From: Nautiliaceae bacterium
GTDB lineage: Bacteria; Campylobacterota; Campylobacteria; Campylobacterales; Nautiliaceae
NCBI GenBank assembly: GCA_039831155.1
Contig: JBDONT010000021.1
Location: 1 to 38,415, forward strand
Reading direction: 5' to 3'
Length of the DNA stretch: 38,415 nucleotides
Of this stretch, positions 37,928 through 38,415 are shown piece by piece (positions within the stretch are counted from its first letter, which is position 1; each line of letters opens with the position of its first letter). The position numbers and the translations under genes are program-made. The notes under the pieces were generated by a model. That model saw nothing but the letters and a program-made list of their open reading frames with translations. It was not told where the DNA came from and did not search any database.

Positions 37928-38145
37928 TGGCTAAAGACGTTTTGGAAGTAGATGGAATTGTAACTGATGCACTTCCTAATGCAATGTTTAAAGTAGAACT
38001 TGAAGGATTAAAAAAAGAAGTGCTTTGTCACATAAGTGGTAAAATTAGAATGAATTACATTAAAATTGTACCAGGTGATAAAGTAAAAGTTGAAATTAAT
38101 CCTTATAGCTTAGATAAAGGTAGAATTACTTACAGATATAAATAA
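37927..38145 (+). CDS. infA: Translation initiation factor IF-1
   Basis: [22 protein letters not shown] and KGRITYR. Confidence 0.99.
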   Translation: MAKDVLEVDGIVTDALPNAMFKVELEGLKKEVLCHISGKIRMNYIKIVPGDKVKVEINPYSLDKGRITYRYK

Positions 38146-38355
38146 TTCTTTCCTCTTTTTTACATATTAAATTCAGAATTCAGTTTATTTACATTGTAAA
38201 AGTTGACACGACTTAAAGTGTGAAAAATTTTAATTTAATTAATATAATGTTTAATTTAAGAACAGAAAATATGTGTTTTATTTTATATTTAATGTAAGCG
38301 ATTTTATTATTAAAAAACAAATTTTAAAATTTTTAAAAAATTTTAGAGGAAATAC

Positions 38356-38415
38356 TTGACAAGGGGAGGGAAATATTATATACTTTCAATCCTCAAACGG
38401 AAGAAGGGGTTTGAG
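38356..38415 (+). promoter_or_regulatory. Strong sigma70 promoter and leader hairpin, probably the start of an rRNA (stable RNA) operon
   Basis: TTGACA (38356-38361), 17-nt spacer, TATACT (38379-38384), with an AT-rich upstream region. Hairpin CTCAAAC/GTTTGAG spans 38392-38415. No rRNA sequence is present in the window. Confidence 0.65.

Noticed and set aside
38203-38250. Second promoter after infA (TTGACA at 38203)
   Set aside because: There is no acceptable -10 hexamer at 16-18 nt spacing.

Overview
Very AT-rich bacterial DNA with nearly all genes on the + strand. The gene content points to Campylobacterota (Epsilonproteobacteria), plausibly a vent Nautiliaceae-like organism; that taxonomy is inference. 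The window has four blocks. (1) 1-15482 is a translationally coupled glycan locus: an O-antigen-like variable cassette (UDP-HexNAc dehydrogenase, WecB, alpha/alpha-toroid + methyltransferase fusion, cytidylyltransferase, CDP-alcohol phosphotransferase, two kinase-like proteins, Wzx-type flippase, GT4, GT9, GT2) runs directly into the N-oligosaccharyltransferase PglB and pglC/pglE/pglF. pglA/D/H/I/J/K are not seen in the window. (2) 15527-24319 is a seven-gene export operon: an EmrAB-type MFS pump and a YhiI/RbbA/YhhJ (YbhGFSR)-type ABC exporter around a single TolC-family gene. (3) 24320-26738 is a scar region containing a VapBC-like toxin-antitoxin pair, unannotated diverged relics of a second copy of the export operon, a broken secreted (cytochrome c-like) gene, an internally inverted IS256-family remnant and octamer-repeat hairpins. 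(4) 26739-38415 holds a LOG-family gene, the S10-spc ribosomal protein operon through secY-map-infA, and a consensus promoter that probably starts an rRNA operon at the window edge. The best candidate for an undescribed system is the PglB-linked cassette, which suggests a Wzx-flipped N-glycan with methyl, phosphodiester and possibly heptose/uronate components.
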